Assembly (NCBI GenBank): GCA_013239625.1
Contig: MU053881.1
Span: forward strand, 3,474,001 to 3,538,000
Direction of reading: 5' to 3'
Length of the DNA: 64,000 nucleotides
Source: Lama guanicoe
Taxonomy: Eukaryota
Position numbers and translations under genes: made by a program. This document shows positions 23,929 to 35,800 of this stretch, one piece after another. The notes beneath the pieces were generated by a model that was given only the letters and a program-made list of their open reading frames with translations, did not search any database and was not told the origin of the DNA. Position 1 is the stretch's first letter; the number at the start of each line of letters is the position of its first letter.

Positions 23929-24820
23929 CAGGTGATTCTCTTGAATTTTTCGTAGATCACCAATTGTCTGCAACTTGTGATGGTGTTTTCCTTTCCAATA
24001 TTTATACTTTGGGGGCAAAGCAGTGTTGTCTGTAATTTAAAAATTTTTTCTAAAATTGTTATAAAGATGCTTTTATAGTCATTTAAATTAGAATTCCTTG
24101 CATCTTTTCTTAGGAGTATGAAATAATTATAGGACAATCGTATAATAAATACAGTATGTCCAGAATCCTGCAAAGGGTTGTATCTCACTGATCTACAAAT
24201 TAAAAAAAATAAAGAGATTGTATAAGGCAAAATTTTACTCAAAGATCCATAGCCCCCAGGCTGTTCATATTGAAAAAGGACACACAAGAAATGAGCTGGA
24301 CTGCTCCCTGCCTGCAGCTAGGGTTGAAGCATCCACCCTCACCCCCAACACACACACCCATACCTGAAAACACCTCCCCTCCTGGTCTGTCCCAGTCTCG
24401 GAAATCCCCAAGATTTCAGAGCCCTTCTGTTGGGTGAAGGCATCATATCTCTGATGGTTAAATCAAGGTGGGTACCATATTTACACAAGAATTTTCTCGT
24501 GTATTTTTATCGATTCACTTTCAGTTAACAAAGCACTTCCAAGCAGGGAATGAATAAGAAATGGTCCTCTCCCCCCATTCCTGGGTCTTACAAGGATTAC
24601 TGGATAACAGGTTGTCTCTTAGGAAAGCAGAGATCTAGTTCTAAAGGGGTATTGAAGTGGGGGTTCACCTGGACCATGGAGGGCAGCTGACTTGGTTCCT
24701 TCTAATGGTGAGTGTCTCAAGAAAGACAAGTTGAGGGTGGGGCTTAAGAGAAAAAACCCACTTAATTTTACCTGCAATCCAAGGTTAGTTCACAGAAACA
24801 GACATACATCAACATACTTT

Positions 24821-24989
24821 TTGAAAAAATCTTTTTGTTTGTTTGCTTGTTTGGGTTTTTATTTGTTTCTTTCTTTGGTGGGTGGTAATTAGGTTTGTTT
24901 ATTTATTTTTGATGAAGGTACTGGGGATTGAACGCAGGACCTCATGCATGCTAAACACACACTCTACCACTGAGCTATACCCTCCTCCC
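24821..24989 (-). mobile_element. Vic-1-type tRNA-derived SINE with TSD
   Basis: Reverse complement: gggaggagggtatagctcagtggtagag (A box)...gcgttcaatccccagtacc (B box)...aaacctaattacc, A-rich tail; TSD aacatacttt at 24811-24820 and 24990-24999. Confidence 0.9.
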
Positions 24990-25058
24990 AACATACTTTC
25001 AACATCTAAAACTAAAAGGTAATTTGATCTCTTAAAATAGTCTCAAACTTAGTCTTCT

Positions 25059-25080
25059 ACACACACACACACACACACAT
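25059..25080 (+). repeat. (AC)n microsatellite
   Basis: Directly visible. Confidence 0.9.
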
Positions 25081-25289
25081 ATAAACCATTAATACCCACT
25101 CCTTCACATTCTTCAACTATTTCAAATCAAAAAGATTTTACTGTACTTTTAATTCTATGATATCTCCCTAATGCATGTTCTTTCCAAAAAGACACAGAAA
25201 TTGAGGATCTAAATTCTCTTTTCTGACTCCTAGTGAAAAATTAATTTAAGGTTTCTGAATTGGTCTCACTAAAAACTTTATCGAGCCCC

Positions 25290-26490
25290 TATTTATGTGC
25301 AAAGAGTGGATCTTGGAGAGAGTGAACATTGGGTACAGGAAGCAAATAAATATGGCATACACTCTAATCCTGGCAAATTTAGAATAGAATAGAATAGATA
25401 GAATAGAATACAGGGCAGGGATGAGGCTTTAGGTGGGACTGAGCATGACCTCCTGAGGCCATGGAGAAGGCTATGTTTCCTGGGATTAATCCTAACAGAG
25501 GGTGTCAGGAAAACCTCATTCAGGAAAGTTACTTTATCTGATGGAAATGCAAAGACAGGCATCCCAGACAGAGAGAACAGCCAGAGCAAAGAGTCTCACC
25601 GGTGTGGGTGTCAGGTTGAGCTCTGCAGGGGCAGGCACTGTTTTTCTCATCTTAGTGCCTCAGCACCTTGCATTGTAGCTAGCACAGAGCAGGAGTTCAC
25701 CTGGACAGAGACAATGCCTTGTTCATCCAGGTATCCCCAGGCTCAGTCAGGGATTGGTGCCAGATTGCTGCTCCATCATGCCTTACCACCATTAGTATAG
25801 AGCTGAGTTCTCAGAATTCATTGTCTACAAGGCCAAAAAGGTAATATAAATGAGTGAAGCCCACCTTGTATAAGACATTAGAGAATGGTGGGGACTGGGG
25901 CCAGCCAAAGGGTGCCACCGTGTTGGAATGTAGGCTCAGTGTTGCTGGGTCTCCCAAATTTTCAAGGGAAGTAAAAAAAAAAAAATCAAGATTTGTATGT
26001 GAAATTTTCAGGTTTTTGAAATGTCCATGGATCAAATAGAACATTTCCAAGGATCAGATGGCTCACCAGTGTGCAGCCTGGGAGCAGAGTGAATAGTTGG
26101 TATTGGAGGGAGATAAAATGGGACTAGTAATTTGGGGCTACCTTCAAAAAGGCCTGGAATGTCTCCCTATGGAGTTTGGGTTCTCTGGGTGTGGGAGCTG
26201 CTCAGAATCTTTCAACAGGGAAGTAACAAAGCAGATCTGTCACTAGAAGAGAGAAAATGGGTGGAGGAAGGGGAGAAATCAGAGGATGGGAGACCTGGAG
26301 GCTGTTGAAGTATCCAGGTGAGAGATGACGAAGGAGAGTGATGGGAAGGACAGCATGGGTAAGAGAGAAATTTAGGAGGCAGCATGGAGAGGACTCCATG
26401 AGCAACAGAGAGAGCTCGAGGGAGGTAATGAGGTTGACTTTGACCTTGCAGCTTGGGTAATAAGCTGATGGGAACACCACTTCCAGAATG
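25290..26490 (-). mobile_element. L2 fragments (25290-25600, 26090-26490) with an (AATAG)n tract near 25381-25410
   Basis: tcaggaaaacctcattcaggaaagttacttt, ggcatcccagacagagagaacagcc, gggagacctggaggctgttgaagtatccaggtgagagatga. Confidence 0.65.
25798..26080 (+). mobile_element. hAT-Charlie MITE, MER102-like
   Basis: ggtaatataaatgagtgaagc...taagacattagagaatggtggggactg...cagtgttgc...ttttcaagggaag...tatgtgaaat. Confidence 0.75.
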
Positions 26491-27307
26491 AGCCATTTTC
26501 CCTCCTGCACACATTCCAAACAGTCCACCCCATGAAGGGACTGCCTGCCTCCTCCTGACCTGTCTCTTACTTCCTCCTAGAGCATCCCTACTTTTAATGT
26601 CTCTTCCCCACCCCTCCCCAAGCTCGTCCCTTTGTTTTTCTTTCCTTCTCTCCTTCTTTCATTGCTCCATTTCCTTTACCGAGTAGTCATTTCAACCATC
26701 TCCTCTTCTCTGTGTGCCTTCCGCCTACGGGCAACCCTCCCACCTACCCTTCTTCTGCAAATGAGGCTTTTAAAGCTAATTACTTAGGTTTTTGGATCCA
26801 GTGCACAAGCCACGCACTGAAAGAAATGAGACCAGGTGACTTGGGTCTATTTTTAGTGGCTGCAGTTTGTAGGCTGTGGCATCTACTGTCACAGTAGCTC
26901 CCAGAGACCAGGAGCTCACCTCCAGAGCCCAGTGCCTGAGGATCTTTAAACTCTGCAGTCCGTCATTACTTCGTCAGCTAACAGAGGAGTTAACCTAGTG
27001 TTAAAGTCGTATCCTGTGGTATGTTGGAAGCCTGCCCTTCCAGCCCTCCCTGGTAAGGATAAGAAATAGTCAGGGACAGGTATGCAAATGGGCAAGGAAG
27101 GAGAAAGGGAGAGAAGGAAGACACAGCAGTTTTACTCTGCATACGCAGCTCACTGCATCCAACCTCTATGCCCATAACTGTGCTGTTTCTTCCTCTTATG
27201 CACCTCATGTCCCCATCCTCTAATTTCCAATGAATGCTCGGGGCTCCAGTGCCCCCTCTTCTCTTAGGAGGAGCCAGGGTATGAAAGAAGAGAGGGAGAA
27301 AGTGGTT

Positions 27308-27643
27308 TCTTTTGTTGTTGTTGTTGTTGTTATTGACATAGTCAGTTACAATGTGTCAGTTTCTGGTGTACAGCATAGTGATTAGTCATACATATACATA
27401 CATATATTAGCTTTCATATTCTTTTTCATTATAGGTTAATAAAAATATTGAATATAGTTCCCTGTGCTATACAGAAGAAACCTGTTTTTTAAAATTTATT
27501 TTTATATATAGCAGTTAATAGTTGCAAATCTCAAATTCCCAATTTATCCCTTCCCACTCCCTTTCCCTTAGCCAGTAACCATAAGATCATTTACTATGTC
27601 TGTGAGTCTGTTTCTGTTTCGAAGATGAGTTCACTAGTGTCTT
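27308..27643 (-). mobile_element. L1 3' UTR insertion
   Basis: (ttg)n tail, ttctggtgtacagcatagtga...ttccctgtgctatacag...taaccataag; flanked by gagaaagtg at 27296-27304 and 27644-27652. Confidence 0.9.
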
Positions 27644-27784
27644 GAGAAAGTGACTTTTTGACCCTAATATAGATTCTCCTCTCCAACCAGGCTTATGCTC
27701 AGATCTAAGGGACCCAACTCCTGAAACCAGGGGGCATGTAGCTCCTGGGAAGTGGAGGTTTTCACCACTCAATAGGAGAAGCTA

Positions 27785-28170
27785 GTGGTTCATCCATACC
27801 ATGGAACACTACTCAGCAATAAAAACAAAGTCTTGGTATGTGGAATAGCATGGGGGCCTCTCAGATGCCCTCTGTTAAGTGAAAGAAGCTAGGATCAAAG
27901 AGCCCCATAGTGAGACTCAATTTATATGATAGTCTGGAAAATGCAAACTCGTAGGGGAAAAAATTCAGATCAGCGGTTATAAGGGGATGCAAGTGAGGAG
28001 ACAAGATGTCTGAGGAGCACAAAGAAAGTTTCCGGGATGATGTAAATGGACTTGATTGTGATAGTGACATGACTATACATTTTGTCAAGACTCATAGAAC
28101 TGTGCACCTATAAGGGGCAGGCTTTAGTCTGTAAATCAAGAACATAACTCCCTACCCCCCACCTCAAAAA
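27785..28170 (+). mobile_element. L1MB-type 3' end
   Basis: gtggttcatccataccatggaacactactcagcaataaaa...agatcagcggtt...catttgtcaagactcatagaactgtgcac-like blocks. Confidence 0.75.
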
Positions 28171-28279
28171 AGAGATAAAAGAGCTATAGACTGATGCTCT
28201 AATTCAGACCCATCCCCCTAACCCAAATCATCAGTTTCCATGTGAACAGGGCTTTGTAGCTCAACTGAGTCTCAACTAA

Positions 28280-28720
28280 ATATTTGGAATCCCAGCTCTG
28301 TTTCTGGCCATATGTGTGATTTTGAGGTAAGTTACCCAACCTGTTACTGACAGCACCAGATTTAACTTACTCGTCTGTGAAATTAGGATAATAACAACCC
28401 CTGCCTTGTCAAATTGTTGAGAGAATTAGATGAGAAAATACACGTGATGGGGTCAACCCATTGCCCGCCATATTGTGAGCTTTTAATAAAGGTTCTCTGG
28501 TATTGTTATTGGCAAACAGCCTCATATCCACTGACTAATTTTACTCTTAGGGAACCTGGGAAGGTTGGAAACATGACTTTCCCCCAGTTAAAATACTTGG
28601 GAGAATCTTAGTTGAGATTCAAGGGAGATGAAGTGATTTGCCAGTGGGTGTGTGTCTCAGAAGTGGGAGGTTAGGGACTTGAAACTTTTGGTTGTCAAGC
28701 ACATGGGTTTTCCACTGCAC
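28280..28720. mobile_element. MIR (plus, 28280-28510) and MIR fragment (minus, 28540-28720)
   Basis: gaatcccagctctg...aagttacccaacc...tctgtgaaattaggataataac...ttgttgagagaattagatgag. Confidence 0.7.
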
Positions 28721-29239
28721 ACATCCTCTTGCTTGGGAGAAGCCTGCTTGAGTGTACTGGGAGCCCAATATCCCACTGTTACTCACGCCAAGATAGGAAC
28801 AGAAACCTAGTGGGTAGACTGCGCGTGTAGCGTGGAGGAGCCTGCAGTCCTTACCTGGGTCCCACGAGACTTGAACTTGAGACCTGGCTTTGGTAAGTAA
28901 GACTCACTCTAAAGTCCCGGGGGGTGGGGTGGACTTTACATCTTGCCATCTCAGTCTTCTTTTCCATGTACAGGGCACCATCACTCCCACTTTCCCTTCT
29001 GAAGGATTTGTGGTGGGAATCAAATGCTCAGCCATGGTAAGTGCCATAGAAATGCAGACCCTTCATGGAACCCTATCAGGAATCCAGCTGAGATGGAAAC
29101 TGACTCATATGCCTCTAGCCCCCATTGATGCAAATATGCTTTAAGATTTGCTATTTCTCCCCTTTACTTCCCTCCAACCCATTCTCCATACTGCAGCTTG
29201 AGGAGAGAATTTTTCAAAATTTGATCATGTGATTAACAC

Positions 29240-29750
29240 CCCAAGGTATCACCAGATAACCTGTTAACAAAGAAAGGCTACATTTATTTGGAATACTGCA
29301 GTAATGAAGAGCACCATCTTGAAAAAGTCTTCACAGTTTCTCAGAAGAGGGATGTAGGAATACATTTATAGGGTTTGAGACTCTGGGTTTAAGTGGTAAG
29401 AGGTAGGCTTTTCAAGTGGGGGAACCCATTGGGTAAGCAAAGTTAGTGGTGTGGCAGGGTAGGTTTGCTAAACGTAATGAGACAGGGTCTTGAAGCAGGT
29501 CTTAGTGAGTCAACTGTCATTGGACAAGCAAGCTGCTGGTCCAAGATAGAAGACTGTTGGATCAGATCAGGTGATCTGCAGGAATTTCCTGAAGCAGACA
29601 GTGGACTTATTTACTGATTTATAGTTTGATTTTTCCCAGACAACATTTTCTCAGAACAAACAACAAAGTCACGTTGACATAAGTGGTCTCCATTCTTAGT
29701 CCCAGTAGCTATGTTGTGTTTGATACAAGGCGTCATAATTCTTGGTGTTA
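29240..29750. mobile_element. Probable old LTR remnant inserted in an L2 (29150-29960)
   Basis: L2-like text (cattctccatactgcagc...tgatcatgt) stops near 29235 and resumes near 29760; the ~500-bp insert has tttatt/tttatagg blocks typical of reverse-oriented LTRs. Family not assigned. Confidence 0.45.
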
Positions 29751-30019
29751 TCAAGCGTCTACCCCTCTTCCTTCCAAAAAGCAAAACTTCCAATTTCTTA
29801 TTGCCTTTATAGGAAAATGCCAGAGTCTGCAGCATGCTATAATGCCCAGGCTGTTCTGCATGGCTCCTGCTCTCAGAGCTACACTGACCTTCTTTTAATT
29901 CCTTGAATATACCATGTTTCTTTGAGTTTTTGCAGACCTCTCTGCCTGAAAATAGATAATATTGCATTTGATCCTTACACACACACATGCACACACACAC
30001 AGCTTATGAAGTAAAAACT

Positions 30020-30150
30020 AGAATTATCTTTATTCGAGTGATGAGAAAGCTGAGGCACAGAGAGGTCAAATAACTTGCCCAAGGTCCAAGGGTTGATCAG
30101 TGGATGCTCTAGAACTCAACCCAGGCACTCTGGTCCTGAACATGCACACT
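30020..30150 (-). mobile_element. MIR fragment
   Basis: gatgagaaagctgaggcacagagaggtcaaataacttgcccaaggtc...gaactcaacccaggc. Confidence 0.8.
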
Positions 30151-30331
30151 TAACCGTTCCACTGTCCTCAACCCCATATGTCCCCAGAGATGAGTTCCCA
30201 TCTCCTTGGCTAATTTGGTTGTTTCCTCTCTTTCTCCTGGACTCAAGGCTGCCATAATAGGGGTTGGGACTGGACGGTGGGAAATGCTGGGTGGCAAAAG
30301 TCACTCTACTGTGAAGCTAATAAAACTCTAG

Positions 30332-30556
30332 CAGTGACTTATTGAAGATGGGGTTGTGGACGTTCTCTGCCTTGGGTGCAGGCAATGAAGGGGTACATTG
30401 TTTGCAGAGAATTTAAAAACAATAAAACCAACTGAAAAGGGCTCTTCTTTTTCTTACCACTATGCTCTGGCAAACCTATATGAGTTTAGTGATAAAATAG
30501 TCCTCCCTGTTGGGGTGGACGAATCTCGTTGCCCCCCACACCTTTGTAGACCACTA
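30332..30556 (+). mobile_element. Arthur1-like hAT-Tip100 MITE
   Basis: cagtg...ccacta ends; gggtgcaggcaatgaaggggtacattgtttgcagagaatttaaaaacaataa...agtgataaaatagtcctccc. Confidence 0.7.
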
Positions 30557-30860
30557 AGTATAAATTTAAGCCTGCCCCCCACCAATTCCTTGCACAGTCT
30601 CCTTCTAAGGCTTGAGACAGGCCCTACCAATCTGTTCACAAGATCGTTTTTTATGCACTTTGAGAAAGTAATATACTTAACCCACTATCAGGTAAGACCT
30701 CCATCTCTTTCCACTCCAGTTTCACATCTGTCTCCTTTCCCACGGTGTAGCAAAGTTGGACTGGTCCAGGGATGAGCTACGATAAAGTTGAGATGGGAAC
30801 ATACTTAGATGGTCTTAGTGGCATAGAGTTGTCTCCTGGAGTCACTTCCCCATATTGTTT

Positions 30861-31645
30861 TTTTTTTTAATTAATTAATGTATTTTTTTAAACTTTTTTT
30901 AAAAAAAACATTTTTAATTGAGTTATAGTCTTTTTACAACGTTGTGTCAATTTCCAGTTTAGAGCACAATTTTTCAGTTATAGATGAACATACACATATT
31001 CACTGTCACATTTTTTTCACCGTGAGCTACCACAAGATCTTGCACACACCTCCCTGTGCTACACAGTATAATCTTGTCTATCTATTCTACATATGCCTGT
31101 CAGTATCTACAAATTTTGAACTCCCATTTTGTCCCTTCCCACCCTCCTCCCCCTTGGCAACCACAAGTTTGTACTCTACGTCTATGAGTCTGTTTCTGTT
31201 TTGTATTTATGTTCCTTTTTTTTTAATTCCACATATGAGCTATCTCATATGGTATTTTTCTTTCTCTTTATGGCTTACTTCACTTAAAATGACATTCTCC
31301 AGGTACATCCATGTTGCTGCAAATGCTCCACAGCCTCTCCAGCATTTGTCATTTGTGGATTTTTGAATGATGGCCATTTTGACTGGTATGAGGTGATACC
31401 TCATTGTAGTTTTGTAGTTTTACATTTCTCTGATAATTAGTGATATTGAGCATTTTTGCATGTGCCTGTTGATCATTTGTATGTCTTCCTTGGAGAATTG
31501 CTTGTTTAGGTCTTTTGCCCATTTTTGGATTGGGTTGTTTGTTTTTTCTAAGTAAGTCATATGATCTGCTTATATATTCTGGAGACCAAGCCTTTGTTGG
31601 CTTCATCATTTGCAAAAATTTTCTCCCCTTCTGTAGGTTGTCTTT
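30861..31645 (-). mobile_element. Younger L1 insertion with 15-bp TSD and an internal deletion
   Basis: TSD ttccccatattgttt at 30846-30860 and 31646-31660; T-rich tail; ORF2 end (actggtatgaggtgatacctcattg). Confidence 0.92.
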
Positions 31646-32169
31646 TTCCCCATATTGTTTCTAGCAGATACCTTGGAATTCGAAGGGCTTCCAGAATACT
31701 GACTCACCTCCTGTGACTCATCTACATTACGGTAGGTTTATGGTAACAGAAATGTCCGAAGGCACCCAGCACAGGAAGTATATGATTAATTAGGTTTGAA
31801 ATGTACAGATGCTGGTTTCTGGACATTTTTTTCCCCCAAATCTTTTAGCTCCCTTATGAAAACAGAAACAAAAAACCCACAGCTGAAAGGGATTTTCCCA
31901 AATTTGCTAACTACCTTTCCATGCTATTACTAACAGAGTTACAAAGCTAAGAAAGGATTCTTTAACTATCAGTAATAAAAATAAAATGTTTTCAACCCTG
32001 ATCATAGAAATACTGGATTATCTTCTGCTTTTTCCATAAAAAAAATTACAAGTGTTGTGATTTTAAAATGCAACAATAAAAAGATTATAGAGATTATAAG
32101 GATGAGTCAGGCAATCAGCACAAATATTAAATTATTTTCTCGATTTCTGATGTTTCTGGTATTTGTCAA

Positions 32170-32872
32170 TGTAGTATAATAGAAATATATTCTGCTTTTT
32201 GTCTCCAGTTCCTGTCACAGAACTTCAAAAACGCTGAGTAATAGGAGTGTCTTTGTTGTGTTAATGAGGTAACTGGTGGTGAGCCCCCAGATAACTTCAC
32301 CAAAAAGACCAAACTTGTGGTTAGAGGACTGGGATTCTCAGGAGCCCAACCTCCAGGGAGGAGAATGGGTTGCTCGATATGGAGTCAGTCATGCAGCCAA
32401 TGATTTAGTCAGTCACACTTATAATGAAACCTCAATAAAAACTGTGGACACTAAGGCTCGGTGGAGCTCCCTGGTTGGTGAACACATCAGTGTGCCAGGA
32501 GGGTGACGTGTCCTGACTCCACGGGGAGAGGACACCGGAGCTCTGTGTCCACTCTGCGACCTCTCCCTAAGTGTACCCTTTATACTGAAACTATAATGAT
32601 AAATATAATGCTTTCCTGTGAGTTGTTCTAGCAAGTGACAGAACACGAGAGGGTGTGAGAACCTCGGAGTTTGTAGCCAGTGGATCAGAAGTGTGGGTGG
32701 TCTAGGGACCCTCCTTGCAGCTCTCACCTGAAGTGGAGGTAGTCTTGTGGCAGACTTAGCTCCTAACCTGCGGGATCTGATGCTAGCCCTGGGTGGCTAG
32801 CGTCCGAGTTGCAGTGTAGCACACTCAACTGGTGCTGGACCCACGGGGGATTCTGCAGTCGTGTGGTGTCAG
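32170..32872 (+). mobile_element. MER21-like ERVL LTR (5' LTR of a truncated provirus)
   Basis: Starts tgtagt; gccaatgatttagtcagtca...taatgaaacctcaataaaaact (AATAAA 32434-32439), ctggttggtgaacacatc...gggtgacgtgtcctgactccacggggagagg. Confidence 0.8.
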
Positions 32873-35030
32873 GAAAGAGGGTTTGCTAGAATGAGCCTGA
32901 CATCCTGAAGCACGTGGTTTGAGAAAAGAAAGGATGAAAGGCCAGGGATGAAATACCTTTGATTCCTGGAGGACTGGGGGGAGCAGGGTCACACTTAGTA
33001 TGGAGCTGCAACTATGCAAACGTTATCCATAGAATTTAGAGGCGATGGATCCAATTCTTGGGGTGGTGGCTCATGAGTCATAGGAAATGCAAAATAGTAA
33101 GAAAAAAGCAAAACACAGAATCCCTTGGTTATTGTTCTCTGGGTAGCTAAAATGAAAACAGATGTTGGGCCAAATTTAGATTCTGGTCCATTCAAACTGC
33201 AGCCTCTAATCCCTTGGCTCAAGCTTCCTCTGGAGACCCAACATCCCTATGCACGTGAACGCGTAAAATGGACAAAGGGTGGGGAAGAGAAGTTTCTAGA
33301 AATCCTCAACACGGGCACCCATGCAGTGTGGTACCAAAACCCATTTGTGAAAACCTAATGGAGGCTGCAATTAAATTGAGAGGACAGGAAAATGCAGGAA
33401 TTGATAGGATTGAGGTGAAAATTGGAAAGTTAGACAGACTTTATGTGAAGTGGTTGTGTCCCCTTGTGTTTATGGGAGTGTTTGATGGAACTGGATATTA
33501 TGTCTGACTGAGGAATACTTCCCCCCTAGTATTGTAAAACCCATACCTCTTGGTGAAGTCCTAACCAGGGCTGCGGTTAGGCAGGCAAGGGTTGATGGTA
33601 TTAAGATGAAAGTTTGGACAAAAATTGGTGGCTGAATAGGCTTTATGTGAAGTGGTTGTAAGTCTACCAGGGGAACCCAGTTTCCCGACTTCGTATTGTG
33701 AGACAGAAAGCATGCGGATCTACTTTTCAAGCAATATTAACTAGGCATGCTAAATGGAAACCAGTGAGGTTGCCCGAGCCCACGCAGTATGGGACAGAAG
33801 CTGGAATGCTGGTACAGACGAATGCTCTGTACAGCGGTCTCGTGTGGAGTGGAGACTGAGGCTTGTGCCAAAAGACGGTGATTGCCTACCTCCCTCCCAG
33901 CGACAACTGCCGGGACTCTTGGACAACAGAGCATCCATTTGAGGGCAATTACTGGCTTGCTACTGGACGTTAATTAAAATTTCCCAAGACCAAAAGACAT
34001 AAAATAATCTTGAAATCCAGAAATGCCCACAATGCCTTGGGCGAGGTTGGAGAAACGTTCCAACAGGGAGGGCAGTGTCTGAAAGTGTTCCGTCTTAAGA
34101 TGAGGATGGTTTATACCTGAGCATGCTATCAGAGAAGGTGAGGCAGCGCTCACTCTTTTCCCCCGGGCTGACTCTGGAACCACTTGAGATGCTGCTGGAC
34201 CCACGGCCCCATGTGGGGCTCCTTGGGTAGCACTCTGTGAACAGCCGTCCACGACTGGTTTGTCGTCTGCAGTTCCACAGTGAGCAGACAGTTTCCTGTC
34301 TGGAAGGCGACACTCTGATAGAAGAAGGTCAAGACAAATCAGCTTAGTGGACTGGTTTGCATGCTATTTGCACCTGTATTTGGCTTTTTACCGACTCACA
34401 GGCAGGGGCCAGTGGTCTGGCCACACGGTCAGGCAGAGGGCAATGGAAAACTGGCCTATTAACAAGATGCCCGCAGGGGGCACTGCCCAGTGGAACCACA
34501 ATGCGAGCCTGAGGGGTGCGTGAAAGTAGAACATGCGATGCCCATCAAAAGAACCCCTTCCAGGTTTGGAAGATGATTTGAATTAATGAGTAGGTGTCCT
34601 GGTGGGCTCCTTGGAGGTGGCCACCTGAGTGCAGGAAGTGGGTGGCCACAGGGGCTGCAGCAGAGATGGGCTGAGTCTAGAATGTCATCGTCTTGCACCC
34701 TCTGAGGCACAAAACACCAACGAGAACTATGCCATCTGACAGCAAGAGAGACAGAGGCTGTGGACAGACTGCCCAGGAAGTCCTCCCACGAAGCCAGCAA
34801 GTCAGGCTGATACCGGTAAACCCGGGATCGGGGGACCAACGGGTCCGGACAGGACCAGACAGGTACTCTGGACTGGGCTGTGCTCAGCTTGCGGTAGCTG
34901 CAGATGCTCAGGCTGCAAGAAAGACAGAACAGAAGACACGGCACCAGCCTGAAATCTCAAGTTCCATTTCTTTAGACTAAGGGACACACTTTTATCCTCT
35001 GGGCAAGTCTGATGGAGCACAGGACCAAGC
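32873..35030 (+). mobile_element. Decayed ERVL-class internal region (protease, RNase H/tether and integrase relics)
   Basis: HPYARERVKWTKGGEEKFLEILNTG (protease LDTG region, about 33240-33320); PFE/QLLACYWTL at 33935-33972; TGPDRYSGLG...SISLD*GTHF at about 34850-34992 (integrase TGIDTYSG...SDQGTHF). Frameshifted, with stops. Confidence 0.85.
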
Positions 35031-35399
35031 AATTCAAATACTGTTTGTCTGAAACAGGGGAGGTACAGGAGCGAAGGGCTGGCTTCCACACCTGCACGAG
35101 CGTGTGCTCACACTCACCCTGAGGGGCGCCGAGGAAATGCAACTTCTTGTGACCTCTTTATTCATTCTAAGTAAATCTTCACGTTCATATGTAATTTTCG
35201 TATTTATAACTCTCTATATTTTAATAGATGTCCCCCCACCCCAGCCCCCAACATGGAAAAAGGCCTCCCCAACCTGGCTCTCCCCGTGTTGTGCGGGTTT
35301 CATTTCTGTTACCTTCAAGTTTTGATTTGGAGCATTTTCAGGATTTTCTTGGGACCAAAACACTTCTTCATTATTAAGCTCATAATAATTGGCGTGTTC

Positions 35400-35800
35400 T
35401 ACCGACCCGTGATGTATTAGCTAGTTCTCATGGCAAGCCCATGAAAAAGGAAGTGTGATTGTCAGCCCCCATTTTATGGGAGAGACTGAGGTTCGGAGCA
35501 GGTAAGTAAATTGCCTAGGGTGTCACCGTCAGGTAGTGGTCAAGAGAGAATTTGAATTCAGACCGTCTGGCCCTACAGTTCCTGCTCTTTAAATAACTAT
35601 TCTCCTGCCCAAGGGAAGGGAATGTTCGCGGAACACCTACGATGCACTCGGCACATCATACACCGTAACTCATTTAACCCTAGCCACCTGGGAGGTTGGC
35701 GTTTGTCTTCTTTGTACAAAGGAGGCTGCTGAGGCCCACAGAGATGAAGCGACCTGCCTCCGGCCCACAGAGTGCCTCGGAGTGGAAGTGGCATTCAGAT
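35400..35800 (-). mobile_element. Two MIR fragments
   Basis: ccccattttatgggagagactgaggttcggagcaggtaagtaaattgcctaggg...atttgaattcagacc; a second degenerate copy at 35620-35800. Confidence 0.7.

Larger units (their letters stand above)
30300..32169 (+). mobile_element. Zaphod/MER115-like hAT-Tip100 relic, interrupted by two later insertions
   Basis: tactgtgaagctaat...ggccctaccaatctgttcaca...tctctttccactcc...gtcacttcc...ggcacccagcacaggaagtat; 31890-32040 resembles a decayed hAT dimerisation domain (ttcccaaatttg = FPNL). Confidence 0.65.

Noticed and set aside
33125..34980. Domesticated retroviral gene
   Set aside because: Catalytic motifs are degenerate (LNTG in place of LDTG), with frameshifts and stops throughout.
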